A stretch of 63,828 bases of DNA, filler included, from Klebsormidium nitens (Eukaryota > Plantae > Klebsormidiophyceae), in NCBI GenBank assembly GCA_000708835.1. It is 3 parts of 3 records of this genome, joined end to end, with 100 filler letters (N's around TTAATTAATTAA, not from the genome) between each part and the next. Parts side by side here need not be neighbours in the genome. Positions count along the whole stretch, not along the records: positions 1 to 31,541 come from DF237757.1; 2 more parts are not named here. One strand, 5' to 3'. How positions within the stretch are numbered: position 1 is the stretch's first letter; each line of letters opens with the position of its first letter. The notes beneath the pieces were generated by a model, which saw only the letters and a program-made list of their open reading frames with translations, was not told the origin of the DNA and ran no database searches. A program made the position numbers and the translations under genes. Positions 1 through 12,900 of this stretch are shown piece after piece.

Positions 1-29
1 AGTGCAGTACACATTCGCTCCTAGACGTA

Positions 30-359
30 AGACTGGTGCGCCCTATTTCGGATGATTTTGATTCCGGACGGGCAATGTTCGATCCAATGTTCGGACGGGT
101 AAAACCAGGGTTTGACTCAGGAGTCAGGACTCAGGAGTCACTGGTCAGTGAAGCTGCAGTCGATTCGATACCATTTTATTGCCAGATCGAAACGAGGAAA
201 CGTCATCAATCCGAGTTTCGATTTGCGATTAAAATGGTATCGAATCGACTGCAGCTTCCTTGAGTCAAACCCTGGTTTTACGGTTTACCCGTCCGAAAAT
301 TGGATCGAACATTGCCCGTCCGAAATCGAAATCTTCCGAAATATAGGGCGCACCAGTCT
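30..359. mobile_element. Foldback MITE (Tc1/mariner, Stowaway-like) with TA target-site duplication
   Basis: AGACTGGTGCGCCCTAT at 30 is the near-perfect reverse complement of ATAGGGCGCACCAGTCT ending at 359. The arms pair over about 95 bp and an inner pair (GAAGCTGCAGTCGATTCGATACCATTTT / AAAATGGTATCGAATCGACTGCAGCTTC) also matches. Flanked by TA (28-29) and TA (360-361). No coding capacity. Confidence 0.85.
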
Positions 360-667
360 TAGCGAATTAATGGCCCGCCGGCGATTTGGTCCCGTACCGG
401 TACGATCAAAACTTTTTCGAACGGACGGTTGTCCTCCGTAGACGCTGTCGTTTGTAGGTACTTCTTCCCTCTGCCCCGAGTCCATTGATTTCTGCCTTTC
501 TGCTCGGTTGTCGAGGCAGCACCTTCCTCCCCTGGCTGGAAGCCCAGCCAGGCAGGAGCAGGCCAGGGAGGCCGGGCTTAATTTTAAAGCAGTGTCGCCA
601 GTGCTCATTTGAGCAGTCTCCACGGTAGTCTGGCGCGAGGAAGCCGCTCTGGTCAGCAACAGTTTAG

Positions 668-3600
668 ATGGGGGCTTATCTGAGTCAACCTGTGACATCA
701 AAAGCATCCGCAGAAGGAGGCAATGGGCATGTCAATTATGGAAGCAGTGCGATGCAGGGATGGCGAACAGGAATGGAGGATGCGGTGAGTGCGATTGCAT
801 GCAAAGGGAGTCTGTTCAAATCCAAAGGCAGCTCTGGCCTCTAGTGGCTCCGGTTTTGAAAGCAAATGTGTGCCATTTGTGAAGCTGCCATCTGAAACTT
901 TACTTTTTTTTGCAGCACTTGACAGTCGTCGACCTTCAAAAGAACACCCATCTTTTTGGAATTTTTGATGGTAAGTAAGGGCTGTCTTTGTCAGATTGTT
1001 TGCATGCGTGCTCAATGTCAAGCAGGATGCCGAGTGTGACGTACTGAAGATTGTGCACCGTGTTTGTGACTGCACTACATGTTTTCTTGCTTCCTCTAAG
1101 GGTTCCGGTTGTCTGTTTCACACAGTTTTGTTTAAATGTTTGTGAGCTCATGAGGGCTAATTTGGTCTCTTGCAGGTCATGGAGGTAGGAGAGCATATAT
1201 CTTGCTTCCAACCAAGTTTTTGCTTTGGGAGCAAATTCTTCGCCCAGGGGTTGAAAACCCCAAGAAGACAGTAGAAACATACAGTAGAATCATACTGGCC
1301 CAAAGAATGAAATCTCAAGGGCATCCAAGCTGCAGTCTTTGAAGCAGAGCACTGCTTGAGCCCGTCACTGACTTTGCTGGTCCGCTGGAGCAAGCTGTTC
1401 CATTTTACACCCCGATACAGTCGATATCTCCTTTTGCAGGTCACGAGGTTGCCAAGTTTGTCAGCAGGCACCTGCACACGTGAGGAAGCTTACTTGCATC
1501 AGCACCAGTTCACCAGTCTTGCTGCTCTTTGTTTGCTGCCCAGTTTGATGTATTTGAGCAACTTATGAGCACTTTCTGTGTTTTGGGGTTGCTGTTTCAC
1601 CGATTCCAGTGCACGATGCGATTAACAAGGCCTGCAACGAGGTGATTAAAAGTCGACTGGTCCACATGTTCTCTGCAGATCGTTGCTGGAGACAGATGCA
1701 TATGCCAAAGGCGATCTGTCCCAGGCACTTGTTGATGCGTTCTTACGGTAAGATACATAGGATTTTGCTCAGAATATTGTTGCACCACTTACGCGGCCCT
1801 TCTGTTAAGTCGACCGTGCAACAAATGTTTGCAGAACGTCCATTCTCTTTGGTTCTTTTGATTGAGTGCTGCGCAATCTGTCTGTATCTGAGGAGGAACC
1901 CTCTTGCTGGTTGTTGAACACATCTGCCTTCATACAGCATGGACGAACTGATGCTCGAGGAGGACGGTAGAAAAGAGCTGCAAGCTTTGGCAAGAGGTAA
2001 AGTCATGCTGGGACAAGCAACTTGTCCATGTGTGGTGTGCTCCAGCTTGGAATGTTTTCAATTGTTGGCTGCATTATGAAATGAGACGTTGTTTGGCGGC
2101 CTTTACGGAAAGTTATTGTCGCGCGGATAAAGTTTTGCCCCTCTTCATGCTTGCATTTCCGCCCTTGCGACTAGAACATGCGTTTTGCTGATTTTCTGCT
2201 TGTCCTCTGTACAGGAGAAGACCCTGAAGAAGAAGGAAAGAAGAAGAAGTTGAAGCACAAGAGAAGCGCACCCCAACTGGAGCGCTTGGAGTCAACATCA
2301 AGTGGAAGCAACTTGTCTGATGAAGAGAAGGGGGGTGTAGCAGGGAAGAGAAGCAATCTGAGTAGCGCACCACAACCAGATTCTGGAGTAGCCAGAGAGG
2401 GCGGACTGGAGGCATCAGAGGATGGTACAAGTGGACACGCGGGTGTCAGTGAGAAGGACACAGCGGAAGTTGATGAAGCTGATAGTGAGGCTGTAACAGG
2501 ACCAAGGGATGGCGAATGGGAGGGCGCCGAGGAGGTGAGTGGTGTGGCTCTGCAATACACGAAGATGCACTTGCTCATTTACAAGGAGTGATAGTCATGT
2601 GCTGCAACCAAGCACAAGTGGAGACATTTGGCTTCCACGGATTGCACTTTGAGCCTCAGATATGCAGAAGAGCTTGCATGCCGTCTGCCTTCTGCTCCGG
2701 GCTTCGGTGTTGAAGCTCTCTCGTTGGCGTGGTGGCTACGCAGGCCCAAGCCAAGGGAGGGAAGAAGAAGGGCTTCCTGTCAAATGCCATCAAGGGCATC
2801 AGTCAGAAGGTCCTACCCATGACCCTGCTCTGCCAGTATCTCATGGAAGAAGAATTTGTCCATGGACAGTATTGTTGCAGCATGTCGGTCACTGGGCAAA
2901 CTTTTGCAACACCCCAAAAGTCAATTTTGAAGCAGGTTTGGCAACCTGATTCGAAAAAAACTTCCCTCTAGAGCCAGTCTTGGTTGACTGCATTATGATG
3001 GACGATTGTTCGGTTTTCAATAGCAACTCGGTGCCTTCGTCTGTGCAGGTCCTCTCAAACTCGAAGTACAAAGGCCCGGCAGCTGGGTGCACCGCTGTTG
3101 TGGCCCTGATGCAGGGGGACAATCTTCTCGTAGCTAATGCAGGGGACTCACGCTGCATCGTCTCAAGGCGCGGGCAGGTATGCTCGAAAAGCATACCTGA
3201 AAGCAGAAGGCGCTAAGGCAATGTCATAACATACTTCTCTAGTTGCAGAAATCTGGTTTCATCGCTGTCAGATGGACGTTTTCGCTGCTAGCATCAGCTG
3301 GACTTTTATGTTGCAGCGCATGACATTTCATCCCAAAGCCAATTGTATGTTAAGCTGCTGATCGTGAGGATTTTGCTTGCAGGCGATCGAGATGTCAACG
3401 GACCACAAGCCCGGTATGGACACGCATCTTTGAATCACGGATGCAAAGTTATAATCGTTTGGGATCTCTCTGAGCAGCTCTCACCTTTTATACAGATTTG
3501 CTGTATGGCAGCTGCTCCTGCGACAAAAGCTCTTGTGCAATCAGTTGTTTCGGTCAGTTTGCTTGTTGTTGCCCCCTAGTTTGATTCAAATTCGCTCCTC

Positions 3601-4461
3601 AACGTCTTACCAGACAACCCGGAGGAGAGGGCACGAATCATGAACGCGGGGGGTTTCGTGTCAGCTGGCCGTGTAAATGCTAGTCTCAATCTGTCACGTG
3701 CAATTGGCGACATGGAGTATAAGCAGAACGTCAGCCTGCCCCCCAAGGAGCAGATAGTCACCGCATACCCAGAAGTTCGCAGCGTAAGTACCCGATGTAC
3801 GCCTTTGCTCTAAGTCCAGATTGGTGGACCATCAAGGTGATAAAGCGATTCTTTCCATGTTGAGGTTGTTGTACAAACAGAGACCTCGGGGCCTCCCATT
3901 TCTGACCCTGTCATGCAAATCAGGTTTCAGGTTTTCTAGGTGCAATCTGATGAGCTGCCTCGCATCGCACTTGGGCCCTTTCACGATTTTTGATTCTGCT
4001 GCTTCGTGTCATTTGTATGTGCAGCTCAAGCTAGAGCAGGGTGACGAGTTTCTTGTGTTGGCTTGCGATGGCATCTGGGACGTGAAAACAAACCAGCAGG
4101 TTGTAGACTTCGTGAAAGAGAGACTTCAACAGGTGAGTTCGCATCAAGTACTCCTGTGATAGATGCCGCCTCTTGGCGCAGGACTTCTCGTACATTATAG
4201 TGGAATGTGAGTCGAATGTTACGCTGGGCTGCTGTTTGTTGGTAGTGTGCATTTGTTTAGAAGCTTTCGTTGCATTCTGAGGCCTCCGCTTTTGTAAACG
4301 TGCAGAACAAGCCGCTTCCGCGGATAGTGGAGGAGCTTTTTGATAATTGCATTGCCCCCAACACGTCTGGCACCGGTCTAGGTTGTGACAACATGAGTGC
4401 AGTCGTGGTTACATTACCCTCCGACCTGAGCAAGTTAACCGGAGAGTCAGCGACAAAGTGA
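668..4461 (+). CDS. Protein phosphatase 2C, PPM1G (PP2C-gamma)-like, multi-exon
   Basis: GT-AG exons splice in frame: 668-784 MGAYLSQP...[13 protein letters not shown]; 916-970 HLTVV...FGIFD; 1176-1184 GHG; from 1440 [13 protein letters not shown]; 1679-1747; 1938-1996; ~2215-2533 acidic/Lys-rich; ~2741-2806; 3049-3177 [28 protein letters not shown]; ~3383-3413 STDHKP; ~3614-3783 [19 protein letters not shown]; 4025-4132 [12 protein letters not shown]; ~4307-4461 [10 protein letters not shown], stop TGA. All canonical PPM motifs are present. Confidence 0.95.
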
Positions 4462-5301
4462 AGCTTGCGCATCTTAGTTTAATGTGACGTTTAAAATCTG
4501 GACTGTACAGAGTCGAGCTGTCAAACGTGCCTTGTTAAACCAAGCGAACTTCTCAAGCCTATCTTATGTCAAGAAAGAGGCCACGGCAGCTTGTGTAAGC
4601 AGGCAAAATAGGGAAGGGAGTGACTCAGTGATGCCAGGGGCTCCTTAGCATTGGATCTTAGATTCTGAAAAGTGTTCACGCAATATTCACATCTGGCTGC
4701 CATTCTGAAAACCATAGAAGACGTGTATTCGGTGCCAGCAACGAGCAACAAGTCTGCTGTACGTAGAGGATTGTCATCATGCAGTGCGCATTGGCAGCTT
4801 CCTCGAACCTGAAAGAATTTGCATTTGGGCCTGGGAATTCAACGATTGCATGGCACTATCTTTCCGATTTCGGGTTATTATGCCAGCGGCCCGGCCCGCC
4901 CTCATGGCCCCATATTCAATCATATTGCATGAAGGTCTTCCCACATGATCCGGCCGCGCCAGGATTTGTCACATGAATTCATACAATGATGCATGCGCAG
5001 CAGCCATGCCCTCATTATATATGCAGCTGGGAGTACCTAGCTCAATGCAATTGAATGTGGCGATTTTAAACATATACATACATACATATAACTATTGACA
5101 CTGATGACGTACATCCCAATGACACATCACCTGCATATGCACTTGATAATATGCACAAGTATCGCCGGTTTTCGACATGCAAGTTTTGACAAAGAAGCAT
5201 TGAACTCCCTGATGCAAATCAGTGCACTTATTTATGTAATGACTGTATATCTACCTCCTAGCAGATTGACCACTTTCAATATCGTTGTACCAGTAGATTC
5301 T

Positions 5302-6611
5302 TCAACCAGCTTTGTCCATGAGCTGGATTGGTTGTAGTACGTTAGCCTTGTTCGTTTCAACTATGCACCCATTCATAACCATTTCGTCGAGCATGAAATG
5401 TGCCTTTTCTAGATGGAACATGATATCTAGTTCACACTGCAATAGCAAAGACTCACATTAGTGTCGTGTGAGCTCGCAATTACAAATGCATTATCCACAT
5501 CCAAGCTCGGGAGTCGAGATGAAACCAACTTTCGCAAGACCAAGGATCAAACATCATCCAATCATGAATGGAGACTGGAGGAAGCATGCACTCACCACGT
5601 TGCCAAAGTACCGGTCCATTGTCTCCACTACACAATGGATGAACTCAAGGATCCCAAGCTCGTTCTGCATCCAAAAAGATACAAACTTACTCAACCACTC
5701 TGGTCAGAAAGAAACCCACGTGGGGCATAAGACATCGCCCCCACTAAACTGCTTTCCATGCTGCAACCTGTATCCATCACACCATTTACATGCCCCTTTG
5801 CGGTGGTGACACAATCTTACGAGTTGCACTTCATTATTAGACTGTAAGTGGTGGGTTGCTATCTCCAGCACGGAGGGCTTTGAAAGCGCAAACCCAGGAT
5901 CTTTGTGAAGGAACCCCCTATCCCTTGCATCGATTCAACTCAAACAGTCAGGTGTACCGACACCACAAGCTCGGCCATTGCTTGGAGGAGCGGATGACAA
6001 AATACGGCCCAGGTCCTTCAGAGAAGAAAAGATGCCCAATTCTTTTAGGTGCAAAACAATGTGGATAAAACGAGGTTGCAGCAATCCGTGCAAGCGATTC
6101 AAAGAAGAGGACTTTACCTCATCCCCGTCGACCCCAACAAGGAAGAAGAGTGATGCATACCGCCTGTAGATCACTTTGTAGTTGCGGTGTTCGACGAAAG
6201 AGCACTGCAAGATCACAGGACTTTTAAAAAGTGCCTGTAAATCTAAAAGTGTTGATGTGCACTGCACCACGATCACCTCCTCTACTTGCAATGCGAATTA
6301 TGCAATACTTAGCCCCCACCTAACAAAGGGAAGAGACCGCGTTCCGAAAAGATGGACTGATGCGACTCTCTGACGATTTTGGAGCCCTGAATGACACCAG
6401 AACATACGCAGCCATCTGCCACGGAATGGTTCCTGCTTGATTTGACAAAGAGGGAATTGGGTTTTCTCACCTGTTGGTCTGAGCGTGCCAAGCACTTCCG
6501 AACAATCTCGCCTTCGAGTGCCCTTCTTTCCTCCAAGCTCATATACTCGTAGTACTGAGCCAACCGAGTCTGTCCCTGTTTATTGACGAGAAGTAGAAAT
6601 CTAATCGTCAT
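5302..6611 (-). CDS. AP4S1: AP-4 adaptor complex small (sigma) subunit
   Basis: Four exons: [22 protein letters not shown]...[10 protein letters not shown] | [29 protein letters not shown] | [23 protein letters not shown] | [44 protein letters not shown]. This closely matches the plant AP-4 sigma sequence as I recall it. Confidence 0.95.
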
Positions 6612-6972
6612 GGCCAATATGCAAGCAGAAGATCAGCACCGACAAACGCTTAGCTACTCTTCACCAGCACCGGCTGTTCGAATTGCCGTATACCTGTGTC
6701 CTGCAAACCATATATGGTCCGTCTCTTGCTTATCCACCTGCTGTCTAGCTCTGATCCTACGCCCCTTGACCTGCGCCACTTTTCAGCAGCTTTGTCAGTC
6801 CAACTTGATTGCAGGAGACTGTTTAGCACGATTGAACCCTAATTTACTAACAATGTAACATAAATTTACATAACACAGGTACCTTACATATCTTGACCTT
6901 GCAATGTTGCATGTCATTGTTGTTGGAAATCGAACTTTCAGATGCAATTTCAACGACAGCAGGGTATTTGTC
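6612..6972. promoter_or_regulatory. Compact divergent (probably bidirectional) promoter between AP4S1 and the GH35 gene
   Basis: Only 361 bp separate the two divergent ATGs (6611 on -, 6973 on +). An AT-rich patch lies at ~6835-6900. Function is inferred from geometry only. Confidence 0.55.
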
Positions 6973-9900
6973 ATGGCGCTCTCATTGAAGTGGTGGTTTA
7001 TGTTGCTTCTTGGCGTTGGTGCATTGGCCACGCAGGCCCCAAAAGTTGGTGCCATTGAAGTGAGTAGCAAATCCAGCTCCCTCTGTAGCTCAAAATGCAA
7101 CTTTGCATTACTTTTGTTTGCAGCTTGCCAATCGGTGCACCTGTACTGCTTTCGAGTGTGTCTCTTTGGCTTCCGCTCCCCTGTCATCTTCTTTGATTAC
7201 AATTGAGTGCACCTGTGTGGAATAGTAAAACGAGCAGCACAGGTTTCAAACGTGCAGGCAGGAGCTGCTGCTGAAGAGAGGGCCTTCACCATTGAAAATG
7301 ATGCATTTCTTCGTGATGGCGAAGAAGTACAGCTACTGGCAGGCTCCATCCACTACTTCCGGGTACACCCTCAGGTTGGTGCCGGTTAGCCACCACCACC
7401 TTTGTATGCCCTTCTTTCTGCTTTTCAGCCAACATGCTGTGCCAAGTCCTCAAGCGCACTGCTCGATCATTTGCTTCTCTGGTTTCACAACCTTTTAGAT
7501 GGAAACCATCCAAAAATGGTGTTCCCCATGTTTTCTCCATGCAGTATTGGGAGGACCGCTTGCGTCGGCTGCAGGCCCTTGGTCTAAACACCGTCCAGAC
7601 ATTGATTCCCTGGAATGTACATGAGGGGGCAGAGGGAGACTTCATTTGGGAAGGGCCTGCCAATCTGGAAGCGTTCCTTCGTGTCGCTCAGCGCCTGGGG
7701 CTGATGGTCATGCTGCGCCTGGGACCCTACATCTGTGCAGGTCAGTTGGTTGAACCCCCAATGTAGACCACACTTCTTCTTAGTGGTTCGAGAGGGCAGG
7801 TGAACGTTCACTTTACAAATTCACCAGACGCAGCGGTATTGTTATAATTAGGACTGATTTCACCTGGTAAGGAAGTCTTTTGCAAACACACTGGCACTCT
7901 TCCAAGCCAGATGTTCCAAGCTTGGTGCTTTTCTTTCGCAGAGCATGAGTTTGGTGGTTTCCCCGCCTACCTCCTCACTCAAGGCCCCATGCAGTTGCGC
8001 TCATCGGACCCTCGCTACCTGGCAGCAGTGAGCAAGCCCAATCCTCGCAGAACCAGAATGGGCCATGACCCCAATCCCACACATGTATGCCCACCCTTGC
8101 TATTCTTTCCCCTTGCATTTCACCTTCCACCAAAGTTCTCATTGTTGCCAGCAGATGTATATCGCTTGTCTAGATTGCCCCGCTCACTGATGTGGCGCTG
8201 CATCCCCCCAGGTGGACCACTGGTGGGGCGAGCTGCTGCCGCGCGTCAAGCCCCTGCTGTGGCACAACGGCGGCCCTGTCATCATGGTGCAGGTGAGGGC
8301 CACGCCCTTGCACCCATCAGCATTTTCTGCATGAGATGCCGCACAAGCATGGACTCTTCCAAGGACTTATTAGTGTAACGCTGGCTAAGTTTTTCACAAA
8401 GTGCACGGGATGGAGCAACAGCGCACTCTGTGAGGAAGATTTGCTTTTAATAGCAAGCTTTTGACTGGTGCAGGTGGAGAACGAGTATGGCTGGTTTGGG
8501 CGCGACCATGCCTACATTGAATACCTGGTAAAAGCGGCTAGAGAGGCCCTGGGACCGGAGATCATTGTGTAAGCCCACACTTATTTACCCAGACGGTCTC
8601 GCTGCGTCCCTGATAATCTTGTGTCCCTGAGAACTCCAAGTCGTGCAGAAACATGGCTGGCTAAACGGTATGCAATGGTTTGATTTCGAGCTTCTCAAGA
8701 ACCGGAGACACAAGTATTCTGGGCAAATGTTTTGTCGGGTGGTCACTGAGTCCGCTGGTGGGGGTCGCAGGTACACCACTGACACCGCCACCAAGTGGGC
8801 CCTGGATGGGGGCACTCTTCCCGGGGACCAGGTCTACACAGGTGACATCACCTCTACTTAATTGAAGGCCAGCTTGTAAGCGAGCGGCGATGCTTTTGTA
8901 CGTTGCTCTCCGTGCTCTTGCCTGTGGGCTAGATCAACAGTGGAAGGCAGAGCCTCGATTGCTCGCATCCTCCATGTGCTGAGTCTCCATGCCAAGGCGA
9001 TCATAGACACTCGCTGCAGCCCATGTCTGCTGACGTGGGCAGACGTCTCGTGCAGTGGTTGACTTCAATGTGTATGCGGACCCGATGGACGCGTTTGCCC
9101 TGCAGCGGCAGTACAACGCACCTGGCAAGTCACCACCCATGACAGCGTGAGCCTGCACTCACCCTGGTTACGGATACTCTAGGGGCACTGTCGATCGAAC
9201 AAAGAAGCTGGACTCTGGACGGAGATCCTGAATAGTATCGCCTCTTTCGGCACTCAAATCCCTCGAAGTGACGGCTGAGCCTCGACGCTTGTCCAGTCTC
9301 GAGCCAGTCTCGAGCCGCAGGGAACCGTCTCAGGAAGTACTCTGTAGTTCCGGTTCTCAAGACACGGGCTTTGTCTTGCACGGCATCGGCTACTCTGTTG
9401 GCAGCTTCCACTTCCTGGCACAGCTTTTTCACCATGTTGTCCCATCTTGGCCTGCCCTGGTCGCAGTGAGTTCTACACTGGGTGGCACACCCGGTGGGGG
9501 GAGCCGCTCTCGCATTCGGACCCTACGGTGGTGGCAGCGGGGCTGGAGAGGATCCTAGCTGTCAACGCCTCCATCAGTCTATATGTGAGCCGACAGATCT
9601 CCGTCTCTGAATGCTCCACCAAGTTTGAGTCGCTATCTGAGTCTTTACCCCTTGTTGCATGCATATGCGAGATTAAGTTCTTGAATTATCAAAGCCTCAC
9701 ATCATCACGTTGACCAATACGGGGCAATTAAGAAGCTCTGTCCTGTAGACCCTTGGCACAGCTTCGCATTTTGTTGCGTGCTCGAAATCATTCCGTGCAA
9801 CGCTCGTGCAGATGGGGCATGGCGGGACCAACTTCGGCTTTAACAGCGGGGCCAACATCTTCTCCGAGAACGACTACCGCCCCGTCATCACCTCTTACGA

Positions 9901-12900
9901 CTACGTGAGTGCCTCTCCGACTCGCACGCACCCTGCTTGAGTTGCTCGCTCACGGTCTGCCTCACATGACGGTTACCTGCCAGCAAGCATACCCAAGCGT
10001 GACTCGCCAGATCAATCAGGTTTTGAGGATTTGCTGCACGCCATGCGCTTTCTCTACCGTTCCTGCTAAGCGCTCGCTGAAGCGAATGCACTTCCTGAGT
10101 TGACCCGCACCCGAGAACGGTCCACCCTCGGAACCAGAGAACATTCTGGACGGCACGCCGTGCTCGTCTTGAATCCGACTGACGCCCTATTGACTTGCCA
10201 GGGTGCGCCGGTCAGCGAGGGGGGGGACACGGACCTGCTGCCTCTCTACAAAGGTGCGTATGTTGCCAACGCTCTGCCCCTACTCTTGTGTGCCTCGACA
10301 TTGAGAGCAGGATTGGAATCAGCTACCAACTCTTATCGAGTACGATTTGAAAGCCCTATGTCTTGTGCGGAAGAGTGGCCGAGCAGAGTTTCATTGAGTT
10401 CTGCGAGTATAACGTCCAGTCTCAGCGTCCCTTTGAATAAATCTATCGGGTGGTCTTCGTGCAGTTCTGCGTGCTGCTTTCGCTCGACATGCCACTTCTT
10501 CTCTTCCGCCGCTCCCTCCCCGGACCCCTAAGGTCGATTATGGCCGGTTGCCCCTCCGCCCTGCGGCCTCACTATTGGAGGAGGTCGCCGCCCTTAGCAC
10601 GGTCCCGCATGGACTTATCATGACCACCCTAGCATTCATGGAGAACTGGAACCAGGTGGGCGCGTTGAGAATTGGAGCTTCTGTCAAGACTTCGTTGAAA
10701 TGTGTGTCAAACAAAGTTTGGCGTAGAAGTTGGCGGCACATTAAGTGGCTCTTCGTTTCGATTTGCACAGCTGTGAGAGAGCCCTCTGCCGCAGGCCATG
10801 CGGATTGTCGTCTGCCTGCCGGCAGTTTTGCACGATTGTGCTGGCTTCTTGCGTTTTCTGCCCTTTTCTCGCTGCTCAGTAACGTCGCGGTGTGTTTGCA
10901 GAGCACTGGTTTCGTGCTGTACACCACGGAGCTCCCTGCGGCGGTGCACGCCGGCAGCTGGCTGCTGCTGGAACAGGTCAGCCCCTGCCCCATCCTCGCC
11001 TTGAACTCGCATAGAACTCTATCAAAACTGCCCGCGTCGCTCAGCTTCACTCCCTACTGTATGCAGAAACTCAAATCCCTTTGTTAGTCAGGCCTGATTT
11101 TCGAGCGGCCCAAGTTTGACAGGTCTAGATCAGGAGTCTGGTCAAGCAGCCAGATCCAATGAAGTTTGAGAGATGAGCAGGCCGATGGTAGGGCGAGGCT
11201 GCGCATCTCGTGTTCCACCAGATTGGACTGCAACGCTCCGTAAGGATGCTTTCTGTTAATCTGGCGTTTAATATTGTTCTCCGAATCCCGGCTGGTGCCA
11301 ATTCGCCGCGTGACCGTCTGGTCTGCAGGTCCACGACCGCGCCCAGGTGTTCGTGAGGGACGGCGGCGAGCGCACGTTTGTGGGCACGGTGGCGCGCTGG
11401 GCCCCGCGCACGCTGTACCTCTCGGCCGCCGTCGCAGTGCCGGGGGCCACGCTGGAGATCCTGGTAAGCGTCCTCCGCTGCTGTTGTTGGCTGTGGCTCG
11501 CGCACCAAGAAGGAAGCCACGCGTAGCGGACAGCGAAGTCGTTTGCGGTGGGGAGGAGGTTGAGAATTCCTTGCAAGCGGCAGCTTTCGTTTTCTGCACA
11601 AGTGGCCTTGCTACCACAGATTGTGGCACGCCCACCGTCGAGCACTACTGGCGACATCAAGCCGAAACGTCGCTTTAAAGTAGCACAGGCATGGGGCCTG
11701 TACAGAATGTTTGGACTTCCTGTCTGCTGAACGATGCGTGGCATTCTCTCACCGTGGTCGCATCCTGACGCCTTGATGCAGGTCGAAAATATGGGCCGGT
11801 CCAACTTCGGCGCCTACATGTGGGACCCAAAGGTTAGCCTCGCCCCGGCTCCAACAAGCTGAACTCACTTCCCTCTGAAGAATCAGGGCATCTCTCTCCC
11901 CAGCGCCTCACTGCTTTTCTCTGCACGCCGGCCTCATATCCATGAGCAAACCAACACAGGTATTCTGCGGCTATTCCCAAACAGAAACGCTACCCGCCGA
12001 CTCCTAACGGTTCCATTGTGTTGCGCCTGCGCAGGGCGTGGCTGCGGTGCTGCTGGACGGGATCGCCCTCTCCTCCTGGTGCGTCTACCCGCTGCCGCTC
12101 GCCTCGCTGGACGGCAGCAGCCTGCCCGCCGGCCCTCCCCGCTCATCCTTTGTCGCCAGCAGCGTCACATACGGGGCAGTGGCCGCCACCGGAGCTGCCA
12201 ACTGGCGGCCCGATGAGCAGTGGGACCGCGCGGCGCGGGAGCATCTGCATGCGAGCACGCCTTCGGGGCTGCCCGCCATACAAGCGGCGCTGGAGTTGCA
12301 GCATGCGGCGGGTGAGCGGCCGTCACACGGAGGCAGCGGACCTAGTCGGTCAACCTTGACTCGTTGATGTGAAGAAGTAGGTATACTAGAATCGATCGCG
12401 CCCCTTGATCGTGCCTGTACGGTTGCTCGCTCTTCAAGAGAGGTATGCCGTAACAAACCTGTCCTGCAGACGACGATGCTACCGCAGTACGGTATCACAG
12501 GTCAAGGACGCGGAAGCGGCGCTGGTGAAGACTCTTGAGTGGATCGTACTGGCAGACTTTGAACTTTAAAGTTCGGTTTCAGCACCGTACCAAACAATGT
12601 TGCCCTTCACCCTTGCTCATAATAAGGAAGTGCTTTGAAACGGAGAGCATAACCGCCCTGCTTCTGCCCTGCAGCCTCCAGCGTGGACAGCCCCACCCTG
12701 TTCCACGGCGTGTTCAACATCTCGAGCTCTGTGAGCGGTGCCCACACGTGGCCCGCCGACACGTTCCTGGATACGAGCGGCTGGGGCAAGGGGGTCGCCT
12801 GGATTAACGGGTTCAACCTGGGGCACTACTGGCCGGTGAGGCGACCATTAAAACACGATCCGATCCCTCTGAAAGGGGTGTGCTTCGAATTCCGGTTGCG

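Noticed and set aside
4770-5230. Intergenic stretch rich in short palindromic hexamers and a (CATA)n run; similar texture at 24600-25200 and 30700-31200
   Set aside because: No terminal repeats, TSD, shared homology or ORF could be established by eye.
9890-10215. GH35 motif reads TSYDY-G-AP rather than TSYDY-D-AP
   Set aside because: This is a single substitution at an exon junction. Both catalytic Glu motifs are intact and this position varies among GH35 enzymes.
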